Positions 40,201 through 50,263 of a DNA stretch of 64,000 nucleotides are shown in pieces; within the stretch, counting starts at the first letter, position 1; each line of letters starts with the position of its first letter. The notes beneath the pieces are model-generated. The model made no database searches, was not told where the DNA came from, and saw only the letters and a list, made by a program, of their open reading frames with translations. Both the position numbers and the translations under genes were made by a program. Source of the DNA: an uncultured Bacilli bacterium (GTDB taxonomy: Bacteria > Bacillota_I > Bacilli_A > RF39 > UBA660); contig CALVXO010000004.1 in assembly GCA_944371325.1 (NCBI GenBank), forward strand, positions 4,950 through 68,949. The letters are read 5' to 3'.

Positions 40201-41793
40201 TAAAGCAGTTAAATTATGTCTTGCATAATTACTATCTAATATTCTTGATAGTTCTAATGTATCAATAACTGTATTTTTATACTCACCTAGATTATATTTT
40301 TTATAACACATTTCCAAAAAGGATGTATCAAATTTAGCATTGTGAGCAACCATTGGTAAATCACCATACCACTCAATAAATCTTTTAATGGCATTTTCTT
40401 CATTGTCCTTACCTTCTAGCATTTCATCAGTTATGTTAGTAACTTCAATTATCTTAGTTGGCAATTTTCTACCTGGATTTATTAATTCATCATATCTATC
40501 AATTATTTCACCATTATGAATTTTAACGGCACCTATTTCAATAATTGTATCGCCACCTGCTGCATTAAAACCAGTTGTTTCAAAGTCAAATACAACATAA
40601 GTATTATCTAATAAAACAGAATCATTTTCTCTTACTACAATATTAACACTATCATCAATTAAAGTTAATTCCGTTCCATAAATAGCTTTAAATTTATCTT
40701 TATCTTCTTTACCTTTGTTTAAATCACATACTAAATGATATACATCTGGATAAGCTTGAGCTCCATTATGATCAGTAATAGCAATTGCTTTATGTCCCCA
40801 TTTATATGCTTGTTTTACTAATGTTTTAGCATCTACTACTCCATCCATTTGACTCATCATTGTATGAGCATGTAATTCAACTCTTTTTTCTATAGCATCA
40901 TCACTAGGCGTAGTTATCACTTTATCGCTTTTATTAACATCTCTTAAATTTAAAACTATTTCATTAGAATACTTATCAAATTTAGTATATCCTCTAAATT
41001 TATACCAAGTATTATTTTTAATATTTTTTTTGTAAAAATCAAAATCACTTTGCTCTTTTACAAATAATTTAGCATACATACTATCATTAAAATCTGTTAT
41101 TTTTAAAGTAAATATTTTAAAATTAGATTTACTTGATTCAAATATATCAATACCAAAAACATAGGCTTCGATACTTACATTATCTTCTTCAGCAAATATA
41201 CCACTTATTTCATGCGTAATTTTAGGAATATAACTTCCCATTATTTCAATTATTTCCTTTTTTTCTTTTGGGACCTCTACTACTTTTGCTTCTTCAATTT
41301 CTTTTCTTATTTCTTTGCTTTTTTCTTCATCAATAGTTATATTTACATTAATATCATCATATCCAACACTATTTAATAAGTTAATTAATTTTATTTCTAT
41401 TGATTTAAATTTCATTTCTTCTGCTTTATTAGCCACTTTAATATTAATTGTATTATCAATAATATCTAAATTATCAGTTATAAAAGTTTCCAATAAAGGG
41501 AATTCTTTTAAATTTTGTTTTAACAAATAATTATAATAATCATTTATATATTCATTTTTTTTATTATCTACTTTGAATGAAACACCTACCTTATAGTTTT
41601 TAAAATTATTCTTTAAACAATCTAAAAATTTAACATATATAGTAAGCGGTAATGTATTTTTTAAAGTAATAAAAAAGTGATAACATGTTTTATCTTTATT
41701 ACCTATTATTTTGTCTAATTTTCCTTCATTAAAAAAATTAAATAAGTTTTCATCTAATTTAATTTGATTTAGTAATAAGATAAGTTTTTCCAT
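37276..41793 (-). CDS. polC: DNA polymerase III PolC
   Basis: PHP domain (ELHAHTMMSQMDG, AITDH), exonuclease DFETTG, GSRGSVGSS, VPDIDLNF, YMFPKAHA; start reassigned to MEKLILL. Confidence 0.97.
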   Translation of the reverse strand: MEKLILLLNQIKLDENLFNFFNEGKLDKIIGNKDKTCYHFFITLKNTLPLTIYVKFLDCLKNNFKNYKVGVSFKVDNKKNEYINDYYNYLLKQNLKEFPLLETFITDNLDIIDNTINIKVANKAEEMKFKSIEIKLINLLNSVGYDDINVNITIDEEKSKEIRKEIEEAKVVEVPKEKKEIIEIMGSYIPKITHEISGIFAEEDNVSIEAYVFGIDIFESSKSNFKIFTLKITDFNDSMYAKLFVKEQSDFDFYKKNIKNNTWYKFRGYTKFDKYSNEIVLNLRDVNKSDKVITTPSDDAIEKRVELHAHTMMSQMDGVVDAKTLVKQAYKWGHKAIAITDHNGAQAYPDVYHLVCDLNKGKEDKDKFKAIYGTELTLIDDSVNIVVRENDSVLLDNTYVVFDFETTGFNAAGGDTIIEIGAVKIHNGEIIDRYDELINPGRKLPTKIIEVTNITDEMLEGKDNEENAIKRFIEWYGDLPMVAHNAKFDTSFLEMCYKKYNLGEYKNTVIDTLELSRILDSNYARHNLTALVKRYDVPWDEDAHHRADYDAEGTALVLHKMLQKLSSQNIERVSQLNKMIDKSEIHKYGRSYHVNILVKNKKGLKNLFKIISLANTVYLYKTPRILRSVLNELREGLLIGSGCYESEVFIEAKSKSDEELTNIINFYDYVEVQPIDAYNHLLQTNDFGSVSEIMEHIRKIIRVTKDSGKIIVATGDVHHLFKEDKIYREIIVNQKVPGGGRHPLAKNSITEIPSQHFRTTNEMLENFDFLDEETRKEIVITNPNKIADMVDIIEVIIETGGVPFSPRIDKSVETVTDLVYTKAKDWYGDPLPYNIEERIAKELYGDGIFNSIKAELKRNNVENIEEEGFKILHETILQGFDAVKDKIRNEIKITEPELNDDEVEKNLKKTLGGIIGGGFDVIYLIAQKLVKKSNDDGFLVGSRGSVGSSFVATMMGITEVNPLPAHYRCPNCKHSIFEIDGVPLANTYSSGFDLPDLECPKCNTKMLKDGNDMPFATFLGFNADKVPDIDLNFSDLNQAAAHEYTKVLFGEDNVYRAGTIGTVAEKTAYGFVKGYCEDKGITKKSAEIERLALGCTGVKRTTGQHPGGIVVIPGYMDVFDFTPFQYPADDPNSAWRTTHFDYHAIDQDVLKLDILGHSDPTQLRMIQDLSGHDITKVPLDDKKTMGIFLSPEPLGVTKEQILNETGTLGIPEFGTPFTIGLVAETKPTTFAELIKISGLSHGTDVWLGNAQELIKNNIVPFKEVIGCRDDIMVYLMQKGMKPIKAFKIMEFVRKGKASKEPDKWVEFEQEMKEAGIEDWYINSCRKIKYMFPKAHATAYVTSAFRIAYYKVHYPSYFYASWFSTKATDFDIETMIKGYDAIKNRMVEISNKGFDASNKESGILECLKLALEMTARGLKFKNIDLNKSQATTFSLDEEGNLIPPFSSIDGLGDTVAKTIVEERNKGEFLSIEDLQKRGKVSSTLIEKMRNMHILDNLDESSQLSLF

Positions 41794-41966
41794 TTTTACC
41801 ACCCAATATATTGTATCAAATTTAGTAATTTTTTTAAATAGTTTAATTATAAATAATACAAATAAATTTGTAGTCGTCAAAAATAAGTTATGTTATAAAA
41901 CATAGTAAAACAACTAACTGTTAAACATATCACAATATCAATTATAAATTACCAAAAAAACTCTAT

Positions 41967-42671
41967 TTAAGAGTTTTCAATAAATACATATCTATCTTTA
42001 CCAGATAAGTCTTTTTCAATTGTAACTTTACATGATAAATAAGTATGAGCTAAAAGTTCTATTTTTTTTGCTTGTTTATAACCAATTTCAAAAGCAATTA
42101 AATAATCTTTTTTCAAGTAATCTTTAACATTCTTCAATATTTGTTCATAATAATATAATCCTTCATTATCAGCATATAAAGCAAGATGAGGTTCATTATT
42201 TTTAACTATATCCATAATTTCTTCATCATAAGCAATATATGGTGGATTACTTATTATTAAATCATATTTTTTATTTAAAGGATTTAACATATCACCTAAA
42301 TAAAAATTAATATTTACGTTATTATTAATAGCATTTTTTTTTGCTACTTCTAAAGCATCTTTAGAAATATCCACAGCATCAACATTGCCATTTAAATTTT
42401 CAGCTAAAGAAATAGCAATACAACCACTACCAGTTCCCAAATCAACTATATCAATATTTTTTTTATTTTTTAATTTTTTTATTACTCTATCGACCAATTC
42501 TTCTGTTTCAAATCTAGGTATTAATACATTTTCATTTACTTCAATGATATTGCCATAAAATTCAACATTACCTACGATATATTGAACAGGAATTCCTTTT
42601 TCTAATTTTTTAATACCTTCTTCTAGTTTATCAGAATCTAAATACTTTTTTAAATATTCAATATCAGTCAA
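41967..42671 (-). CDS. prmC: Release factor glutamine methyltransferase
   Basis: VLIPRFETEEL, DLGTGSG, NPPY; immediately downstream of prfA. Confidence 0.95.
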   Translation of the reverse strand: MTDIEYLKKYLDSDKLEEGIKKLEKGIPVQYIVGNVEFYGNIIEVNENVLIPRFETEELVDRVIKKLKNKKNIDIVDLGTGSGCIAISLAENLNGNVDAVDISKDALEVAKKNAINNNVNINFYLGDMLNPLNKKYDLIISNPPYIAYDEEIMDIVKNNEPHLALYADNEGLYYYEQILKNVKDYLKKDYLIAFEIGYKQAKKIELLAHTYLSCKVTIEKDLSGKDRYVFIENS

Positions 42672-42672
42672 A

Positions 42673-43740
42673 TTATTCTCCTCGTAATTTTCTATTTTGA
42701 TCTTCAGTTATTAATGCATCGATTACTTTATCAATATCACCTTGCATTACTCGATCTAATGTATTTAAAGTAAATCCAATACGATGATCAGTAACTCTAT
42801 TTTGTGGATAGTTATATGTTCTTATTTTTTCAGATCTATCACCAGTACCAATTTTACTTCTTCTTTCTTCGCCCATTTCTTTCTCTCTTTCTTGCATTTT
42901 TAAATCATAAAGACGAGCTTGTAATATTTTAATAGCTTTTTCTTTGTTTTTAATTTGACTTCTTTCTGTTTGTGAATATACTACAATACCTGTTGGAATA
43001 TGCGTTAATCTTACTGCTGAATCAGTTGTATTAACACCTTGACCTCCACAACCACTACTTCTAGTTATATCAATTCTAACATCGTTCATATCTAAATCAC
43101 AATCTAATTCTTCAGCTTCTGGCATTACTAAAACTGTAGCAGTTGAAGTATGAACTCTACCTTGTGTTTCAGTAACTGGCACTCTTTGAACACGGTGTGC
43201 TCCTGATTCATACTTTAATTTAGAATAAACATTTTCTCCTCTTACAATAAAACTAATTAAAGTATATCCACCAGCTTCTGATTTTTCTTCTTCAACTATT
43301 TCAATTTTCCAACCATTTCTTTCAGCAAGTTTTTTGTACATATCAAATAAGTCACCAGCAAAGATATTACCTTCGTCACCACCAGCAGCACCCCTTATTT
43401 CGACAATAACATCTTTACCATCATTAGGATCTTTTGGTAATAACATAACTTCAATATCTTTAGTTAATTTTTCTAACTTATTATGATTTTCTTCTAATTC
43501 TTCTTTAGCAAATTCACCTAGTTCAGGATCTTTTACCATTTCTTTAGCATCTTCAATATCACTAGTTATTTTTTTATATTCTTGATATGCTTCATAAGCA
43601 TCTTTTAAACTTGCTTGTTCTTTTGATAAACTAGTTGCTTTTTTAATATCTGATACAACTTCTGGTTTCATCAACTCATCAGTAATTTCATTATATCTTT
43701 TTTCAATAGCATTTAATCTTTCAATCATAAATTCACCCAT
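42673..43740 (-). CDS. prfA: Peptide chain release factor 1
   Basis: PVT anticodon motif, [18 protein letters not shown]. Confidence 0.97.
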   Translation of the reverse strand: MGEFMIERLNAIEKRYNEITDELMKPEVVSDIKKATSLSKEQASLKDAYEAYQEYKKITSDIEDAKEMVKDPELGEFAKEELEENHNKLEKLTKDIEVMLLPKDPNDGKDVIVEIRGAAGGDEGNIFAGDLFDMYKKLAERNGWKIEIVEEEKSEAGGYTLISFIVRGENVYSKLKYESGAHRVQRVPVTETQGRVHTSTATVLVMPEAEELDCDLDMNDVRIDITRSSGCGGQGVNTTDSAVRLTHIPTGIVVYSQTERSQIKNKEKAIKILQARLYDLKMQEREKEMGEERRSKIGTGDRSEKIRTYNYPQNRVTDHRIGFTLNTLDRVMQGDIDKVIDALITEDQNRKLRGE

Positions 43741-43794
43741 TTCTCAATATAAGATTATACTATATTATTTGATAAAATTCAAATAAAAACTTAT

Positions 43795-45159
43795 TCAAAT
43801 AGAATAAGCATTTATTATTTTCATAAATTCATCAGTTATTTCTTGTAATCTTTCTTCAGTACTAGCTTCAAATCTTGCACTTATTATAGGTCCTGTATTA
43901 GAAAATCTAATTAATGCCCAACCATCATCAAAAATAACTCTTACACCATCAATATCATTATATTTATAATTTTTACTAATAGCATATTTTTTAACTGCTT
44001 CTACTGCTTGATATTTCTTTTCTTCTGTTGTATTTATTTTTAATTCATCAGTTGAATAATATACATTTATATCATTATATAATTCATCTAATTTTTTATT
44101 ATTGTTTGATAATAATTCTATCATTCTTAAACCAGCGTACAAACCATCATCAAAGCCATAGAATCTATCACCAAACCACATATGACCAGAATATTCTCCC
44201 GCAAATTCAATTTTTTCTTCATGCATTTTACAATACATGTAAGAATTACCAGTTCGATACATAATATGATTATAACCTAATTTGTTTAATTCATCGATTA
44301 AAGCCTTAGAACATTTAACGTCATATAAAGCTTTATTAACTATTTTTCCTTTTAAATAGCGATACATCATAATCATATAAACATCAGAATTAATAATATT
44401 TCCTTTATTATCAATTACTCTTACTCGATCACCATCAGCATCCATAGCAATACCAATATCGTAGCCTAATTCTACTACTCTTTTTTGAATGTCAACTAAA
44501 TTAGAACTTATTGATGGATCAGGATGATGATTAGGGAATGTTGGATCACTATCACAATATAATAAATCATAAGTTATATTTAATTTATCTAATATATCTC
44601 TTATAATAATTGAAACTGTACCATTACCACAATCAAATACTGCTTTAATATTTTTATTTATTTTTAAATTATTAACTATTAAATCAATATATTCGTTTTT
44701 AATATCATAATTTGATAAGGTACCATTACCCTTTAAAAATTCATTTTTATTAGTAAAATCTCTAAAAGCAATTATCTCTTCACCTGCAGCATTACCATTT
44801 TCATCAAATGATATTTTAAATCCATTATGATTGCTTGGATTATGAGAAGCAGTTATCATAACAGCTGCCCATTTATTTAAATGTTGTCTAGCAAAATAAT
44901 ACATTGGTGTTGTAACTAAACCTAAATTAGTTACGTTAACACCTGTTTCTAATAATCCTTTTATAAGATTACTAGCTAAATTAGGAGAAGATAATCTATT
45001 ATCATATCCGACTAACACTTCTTTTTTACCTCTTAATTGTACATAACTACCAAAACTTTTACCTAATATATAAGCTGTTTCATCAGTTATTTGTTCATTA
45101 TAAATTCCTCTTATATCATATGCTCTAAAAATTGTTTGATTAATCATAAATTCCTCCAT
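43795..45159 (-). CDS. Phosphomannomutase/phosphoglucomutase
   Basis: FRAYDIRG, TASHNP, DADGDR, GEYSGH. Confidence 0.92.
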   Translation of the reverse strand: MEEFMINQTIFRAYDIRGIYNEQITDETAYILGKSFGSYVQLRGKKEVLVGYDNRLSSPNLASNLIKGLLETGVNVTNLGLVTTPMYYFARQHLNKWAAVMITASHNPSNHNGFKISFDENGNAAGEEIIAFRDFTNKNEFLKGNGTLSNYDIKNEYIDLIVNNLKINKNIKAVFDCGNGTVSIIIRDILDKLNITYDLLYCDSDPTFPNHHPDPSISSNLVDIQKRVVELGYDIGIAMDADGDRVRVIDNKGNIINSDVYMIMMYRYLKGKIVNKALYDVKCSKALIDELNKLGYNHIMYRTGNSYMYCKMHEEKIEFAGEYSGHMWFGDRFYGFDDGLYAGLRMIELLSNNNKKLDELYNDINVYYSTDELKINTTEEKKYQAVEAVKKYAISKNYKYNDIDGVRVIFDDGWALIRFSNTGPIISARFEASTEERLQEITDEFMKIINAYSI

Positions 45160-45575
45160 ATTTCTAATAATTTAGGTCCAAAAATCATAATACCTATTAC
45201 AACTGATACAATCGCAACTACTAATACGGCACCTGCTGATGTATCTTTAGCTAATTTTGCTTTAGGATTAATTTCTGGCATACATATATCAATTGCAGTT
45301 TCAATAGCTGTATTCATTAATTCTAATGTTATAACAAAACCAAATAATAAAATACATATTAACCATTCTGTTTTACTAATATTTAAAATAAAGCCAAAAG
45401 CAATGACTAATAACATTACCATAAAATGAATACATAAATTTCTTTCATTTAGTATATTTACTATTATACCTTGAAAAGCATGATAAAAACTTTTCCATAA
45501 AGGTTGCTTAGATTTTTTAAATTTCTTTTTAAACATATACTCACCTACTAATAGAATTATATCATAAATCAACAA
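45144..45575 (-). CDS. dgkA: Diacylglycerol/undecaprenol kinase
   Basis: ERN, ELMNTAIETAID, AKDTSAGAVL. Confidence 0.88.
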   Translation of the reverse strand: MLIYDIILLVGEYMFKKKFKKSKQPLWKSFYHAFQGIIVNILNERNLCIHFMVMLLVIAFGFILNISKTEWLICILLFGFVITLELMNTAIETAIDICMPEINPKAKLAKDTSAGAVLVVAIVSVVIGIMIFGPKLLEIWRNL

Positions 45576-45595
45576 AAAAAGTACATATAAATGTA

Positions 45596-46024
45596 CTATC
45601 GTTTAATCATAATCTTTTGTTGTTCTTTCTTTAATTGTTTATAATTTTTCCATAAAACTGAATATTGTTCATCAGATAATGTTTTCCATGATATATTATT
45701 AATTCTATAATCAATAGTAAATTCTTTACCTAAATCAAGCAACTATGTATTATTAGATAATACTTGGTAATTACCATTAGTTTTCAAAATAGGATATCTT
45801 TCACCAGTAATAATATTAACAAATTCATTAGTTTCTTGATCAACCATACCATAAACATTAGTTTTTACATTAAAAACCAATTTGCCAGAAGAAGATCCTT
45901 TAAAATATAAACAATTTTCAAGTTCAATAACAACTGTCGATTTTACTTCATCACGCATTGATTTTTCTAAAGAACTAGAAAAACCATATTTTCTTTTTAA
46001 ATCATGTAAATACTTTTCAGTCAT
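45596..46024 (-). pseudogene. Hypothetical gene with an internal in-frame TAG
   Basis: The 93-aa ORF stops at TAG 45743-45745, but the same frame continues for 48 codons (LLDLGKEF...KEQQKIMIKR) to a stop beside a terminator-like palindrome. Confidence 0.55.
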
Positions 46025-46150
46025 TTTATTTTCCCCCTTTGAATTAGGTAAGTATTATACCACAAATTTTTAAAAATGCAAATTACAAATAAGTTTGACT
46101 ATAAATAACGATTGTGATAAAATAGCACGCTGTAAAGGGGGATTATTAAT

Positions 46151-47827
46151 ATGACAATAGAACAAGCACTAAATATTTTTAATTTAGATAGAGACTTTAC
46201 AGATAATGAACTTAAAAAAACTTATCATAAATTAGCGAGAAAATATCATCCAGATAACTTTGACAATGAAATTGAAGTAAGACAAGCTGAAGAGAAAATG
46301 AAAGAAATAAATAACGCTAAAGATTTACTAGAAAAATTTTTGAAAAATAGAAATCAACAAAATACACAAAATTATAATCAAACTGAGCAAAATAATAATA
46401 TCCAAACATATAAAAGAGAATTATTAAATAAATTATCCAAATTCAAATGTGAATATGTTAACAATAACGAATTAGAAAGATATAACAATGAAATAGAAGC
46501 AATTATAATTTGGTATAAAACAACAATAGATAAAATAAATAATAGAGAACTTATCTTAAATTTATATAAAAGAAGCTTAATGTTAATAAAAATTTCTTTT
46601 GATAATCTTAAAAATGAATTTTTTAGAAAAAATGATATTAAAGAAAACGAAATAAAAGAAAAACTTAATTATGATTGTAATATTGAACAATTTTATAATC
46701 AGTTATTGAAATTAAGGGAAAAATATAATAAAAAAGAAATATATAGAAGAAAAATCAAAGAAGATTTACACGACTATGAATTAAGAAGTGGATATAATGC
46801 ATTAAAAAATATAATTGATACAAAAATAGATAATAACTTAGATAAATTTAAAAGAAATAATTATTCAAATTATGAAAAAATGCTCAATTCATTAAAAACC
46901 GAATTAGATAAATTATTTGCAAGGTATTTTTCGTCACTTTCAAAAGTTAATGATTTGTTAAATATTATAAATAATGAATTTATTATAAATTCAAAAACGA
47001 TGGAATATCAAAAGAAAATTTCAATTTTATATAAAAAATTAAAAGATGGTGATTTTTCTAATGATGTAATTAAAGAATTAGATGAAGTTGAACAAATGCT
47101 TATCAAAATTAATAATTATAAAAAGAACCAACAAAATCATCATCTTATAGATGAATATACTAAAATAATTATTGATAATTACCAAAAAGCGTTACAAAGT
47201 TTAACATATCCACAAGATTTAATTAAGGCCCAAATGACTCAAAAAACATTTGATGAAGTATTACAAATAATTGATAAAGTTAAAAAAGGTGAAATTTCTA
47301 TAGATTCCTTCAAACAATTTACTAATTTAACATTTACAAACTATAATCAAGATATATCAATTATAAATAAAGTTAAGGGTATTAATAATATCAAAAACAT
47401 TTATGTTTTAAATAATGAAAATCGATTATATAATGGTGTTGTATTAGGAACAATTAAATACGAAAATAATAAAGAAGTAATTATGCAGGGATTTGCAATT
47501 CTAGGAAATCATATTTTTGAAAGAACTATTTCGAAGGAACAATTTATAGCAAGTTACATTCCATTAGAACAATGTATAAAAAATTGTACTTATGTAGGAA
47601 AAAGAAGTCTAGATTATCCTAACGAAATAGTACTTTATTATAATGAATTTGTCGTATTCAGTTATGATACACAAAACGATATAATAAGATTAAATTTAGA
47701 AAAACAAGTAAGTAATGCTGATTGCATAGAAGCTATTCCATTTAAAAATATTTACTATATGATGAATAAAGTGAATGAAACATTAAGAAAAGCATTATCT
47801 AAAAAAGAAAAAGTTAAAACATTATAA
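46151..47827 (+). CDS. DnaJ-domain protein with a long helical region
   Basis: N-terminal J-domain ELKKTYHKLARKYHPD...MKEINNAKDLL; lacks the zinc finger and C-terminal domains of canonical DnaJ. Confidence 0.85.
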   Translation: MTIEQALNIFNLDRDFTDNELKKTYHKLARKYHPDNFDNEIEVRQAEEKMKEINNAKDLLEKFLKNRNQQNTQNYNQTEQNNNIQTYKRELLNKLSKFKCEYVNNNELERYNNEIEAIIIWYKTTIDKINNRELILNLYKRSLMLIKISFDNLKNEFFRKNDIKENEIKEKLNYDCNIEQFYNQLLKLREKYNKKEIYRRKIKEDLHDYELRSGYNALKNIIDTKIDNNLDKFKRNNYSNYEKMLNSLKTELDKLFARYFSSLSKVNDLLNIINNEFIINSKTMEYQKKISILYKKLKDGDFSNDVIKELDEVEQMLIKINNYKKNQQNHHLIDEYTKIIIDNYQKALQSLTYPQDLIKAQMTQKTFDEVLQIIDKVKKGEISIDSFKQFTNLTFTNYNQDISIINKVKGINNIKNIYVLNNENRLYNGVVLGTIKYENNKEVIMQGFAILGNHIFERTISKEQFIASYIPLEQCIKNCTYVGKRSLDYPNEIVLYYNEFVVFSYDTQNDIIRLNLEKQVSNADCIEAIPFKNIYYMMNKVNETLRKALSKKEKVKTL

Positions 47828-47963
47828 GAACTTAATTGTTCTTTTTTTATATCTATTTTGTATTTCTAAATTAACTATTAAATAAAAGCATTAATATAAA
47901 ATGGTTAATATAATAAATGCAAACTTTATTAAACAAAAAAAATATGATTAATCTCATACTTTT

Positions 47964-48266
47964 TTAAATAAAATGTGTATGTTTTGTTTTCCATTTTTTT
48001 AAATCGATTGCAATCCAAAAAGAATAAATGCCTAATGTTATTATGCAAAGCAAAATCCATTTTATCCATGTACCAAACAATTGAATTGCATTACCATCAA
48101 ATTGTAACCGCTTTCCATTTATTACTGTGTGACTTATTTCCTAATTATAAATCATACAAATTGCCCAAGGAAAACAAATTCCAAATGTACAAATAGTAAT
48201 TAAAAATCCCAGTATTCCCCAACCAATTAATTGCAGTAATCCTCCATCAAAATATGAATTTTCCAT
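47964..48266 (-). pseudogene. DUF898/YjgN-like small membrane protein gene with an internal TAG
   Basis: Manual translation MENSYFDGGLLQLIGW...TFGICFPWAICMIYN*EISHTVINGKRLQFDG...ITLGIYSFW...KWKTKHTHFI; TAG at 48141-48143 where Trp would be expected; aggagg RBS. Confidence 0.75.
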
Positions 48267-48376
48267 AATTTACCTCCTATTTTTATTTTATCATATAAAA
48301 ATACTAATAAACAAGAGAAAATAATTTAATAAAAAAAGAAGATATTTTTTTATATCTTCTAAAACATTCACAAACA

Positions 48377-48796
48377 TTAGTCTTCAATTTGAACATATTT
48401 CTTTTCAGCAATTTGTTTTTCTTCTTTTTTAGGAATTTCAAGATTTAAAGTACCATTTTTAAAAGATGCTTTAATATCTTCTACTTCAATATTATCTCCT
48501 ACATAGAAACTTCTTGAACATTCACCAAAATATCTTTCACGTCTTACAAATTTACCATGTTCTTTTTCTTCTTCATTTTTACTCATTGTAGCATTTATAG
48601 TTAAATAACCATCTTCAATTGATATTTTAATATCATCTTTATTATAACCTGGTAAATCTACTAAAATAGAATAATTATCTTTATGTTCTTTAATATCTGT
48701 TTTCATTATTTTATTTTCTGTATAGTTCAAATCTCCAAAAATATCATCTAACAAATTAAATTCATTTCTTCTTGGTAACATCATCATATATATCAT
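48377..48796 (-). CDS. Hsp20/alpha-crystallin small heat shock protein
   Basis: MKTDIKE, DLPG, RRERYFGECSRSF, ASFKNGTLNLEIPK. Confidence 0.93.
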   Translation of the reverse strand: MIYMMMLPRRNEFNLLDDIFGDLNYTENKIMKTDIKEHKDNYSILVDLPGYNKDDIKISIEDGYLTINATMSKNEEEKEHGKFVRRERYFGECSRSFYVGDNIEVEDIKASFKNGTLNLEIPKKEEKQIAEKKYVQIED

Positions 48797-48896
48797 CTTC
48801 CTTCCTTAATGTGTTATACGATTAGGATAGCACAAATATGAATAATTATACCATGTAAGATCCTTTTTTTCTTACATTATAATTATAGCACATATT

Positions 48897-48923
48897 TTAG
48901 CACTTTAAACAAAAGAGTGCTAA
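48897..48923. promoter_or_regulatory. CIRCE element (HrcA operator) upstream of hsp20
   Basis: TTAGCACTt-N9-GAGTGCTAA, one mismatch to consensus. Confidence 0.9.
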
Positions 48924-48943
48924 AAAACATAATTTCCCATAAT

Positions 48944-49909
48944 TTATTCTAAATAATTAATATATTTGATTTGTTGTTTTTCAATCAATTCATAAATACT
49001 TAATTTGTTGTCATTCATATTAATACTATTTAATTTTATAGCAGTTATTTGATTAGTGTTATAAGTCTTATAATAATAAATACCTTTAGTCGTATTTATA
49101 CAACATGAATAAGTAGTTATATCATAATTGTTTTCTTTTGTTATTACACTACCTCTTACCATAGCTACCGAATCTAAAATATGAAAAAATTGCGTTACTG
49201 AACTTTCTTCATCATCATTACAAACAGAATTTAATTTATTAAAAGCTACTCTTATAAATCTTGATGTAGGAGAATTATCCCCAGGTATTCCAATTGCTCC
49301 CATACCTTGCCCATAATTAACTAAATTAATTTTATTAGAAAAAGTATTTTCTCTATTTTTAGGGCTTAAATTAATATAATTATTTATATTAGTTAAATGA
49401 TAAGAAAACTGTGGATTATTAGTTAATACACCTATTTTGTTATCGTATACTTTTAATCCTTCTTTTACTTGTTCAACTACAATACAATCATTATCATCAC
49501 TTATCATCCAATGTAAATCAGCAAGTGGGAAATTATTAAATGGAATATTAGTTATATTAATATCATTAATAATTTCTTTTACTTCTTTAACACTTTTATA
49601 ATTGCCTAAAATATATAAAATAAATTCATAAGGCGCTAAATTGATTTTATTTTTCATAGATTCATTATAATATGCATTATTAGGAAAATATAATCCTGCC
49701 ATAGCTAATCCTTTTTCATTAGCCGCTTCCGCATATAAAGGATAATTATCTTCTACAGTAGCCATACCTATCATAGCATATTTAATATTTATATTTTTTA
49801 TATTATAATTTCTAGGTATTATAGCAACTTTTTCATTAAACCTATATTCTAAATCTAAATTTCTTCCAAAATATTGATCTTTTGTTTTTAAATTAATACC
49901 TGTACACAC
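48944..49909 (-). CDS. Choloylglycine hydrolase (bile salt hydrolase / penicillin V acylase family)
   Basis: Catalytic Cys2 (MCTG), GRNLD, NEKGL, GVLTNNP, PGD.SPTSRF. Confidence 0.9.
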   Translation of the reverse strand: MCTGINLKTKDQYFGRNLDLEYRFNEKVAIIPRNYNIKNINIKYAMIGMATVEDNYPLYAEAANEKGLAMAGLYFPNNAYYNESMKNKINLAPYEFILYILGNYKSVKEVKEIINDINITNIPFNNFPLADLHWMISDDNDCIVVEQVKEGLKVYDNKIGVLTNNPQFSYHLTNINNYINLSPKNRENTFSNKINLVNYGQGMGAIGIPGDNSPTSRFIRVAFNKLNSVCNDDEESSVTQFFHILDSVAMVRGSVITKENNYDITTYSCCINTTKGIYYYKTYNTNQITAIKLNSINMNDNKLSIYELIEKQQIKYINYLE

Positions 49910-49944
49910 ATTATTCCTCCATTACATTATATTTAAAAAAGGAG

Positions 49945-50259
49945 TTATTTTACTCCTTCTAAATAAATTTTATTTTCAAATCCACCACGTTTTAATCTTT
50001 TAACTTTAGCCACTTCAATTACATCATCTAAATTTTTACCTTCTAATTTAGCTAAACTAATCATTACTTCTAACATATCAGCTAATTCTTCTATCCTATC
50101 TTTACCACTACTATTTAATACTTCTTGATATTCTTCATATAATTTCTTTTCTAATTCTATTTTATATTCATCATCATTTAATATTCTTGTAATTGGTATT
50201 TCCCCATTATTTTTTATTATATCTGGAATATTATCTCTTACTAATTTATTATAACTCAT
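49945..50259 (-). CDS. All-alpha NTP pyrophosphohydrolase (PRA-PH/MazG-like)
   Basis: YNKLVRDNIPDII, KLYEE..E, EELADMLEV, KRGGF. Confidence 0.85.
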   Translation of the reverse strand: MSYNKLVRDNIPDIIKNNGEIPITRILNDDEYKIELEKKLYEEYQEVLNSSGKDRIEELADMLEVMISLAKLEGKNLDDVIEVAKVKRLKRGGFENKIYLEGVK

Positions 50260-50263
50260 AATA

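Noticed and set aside
15635-41880. ORF-track start sites for uvsE, rubredoxin, the 27932 gene, the helicase, the recombinase and polC
   Set aside because: The upstream extensions lack an RBS or overlap neighbouring genes; downstream starts with an RBS were used instead.
45743-48143. Genome-wide TAG reassignment
   Set aside because: TAG serves as a normal stop for other genes here (e.g. the KAP NTPase and the patatin gene), RF1 is intact, and long genes have no internal TAGs.
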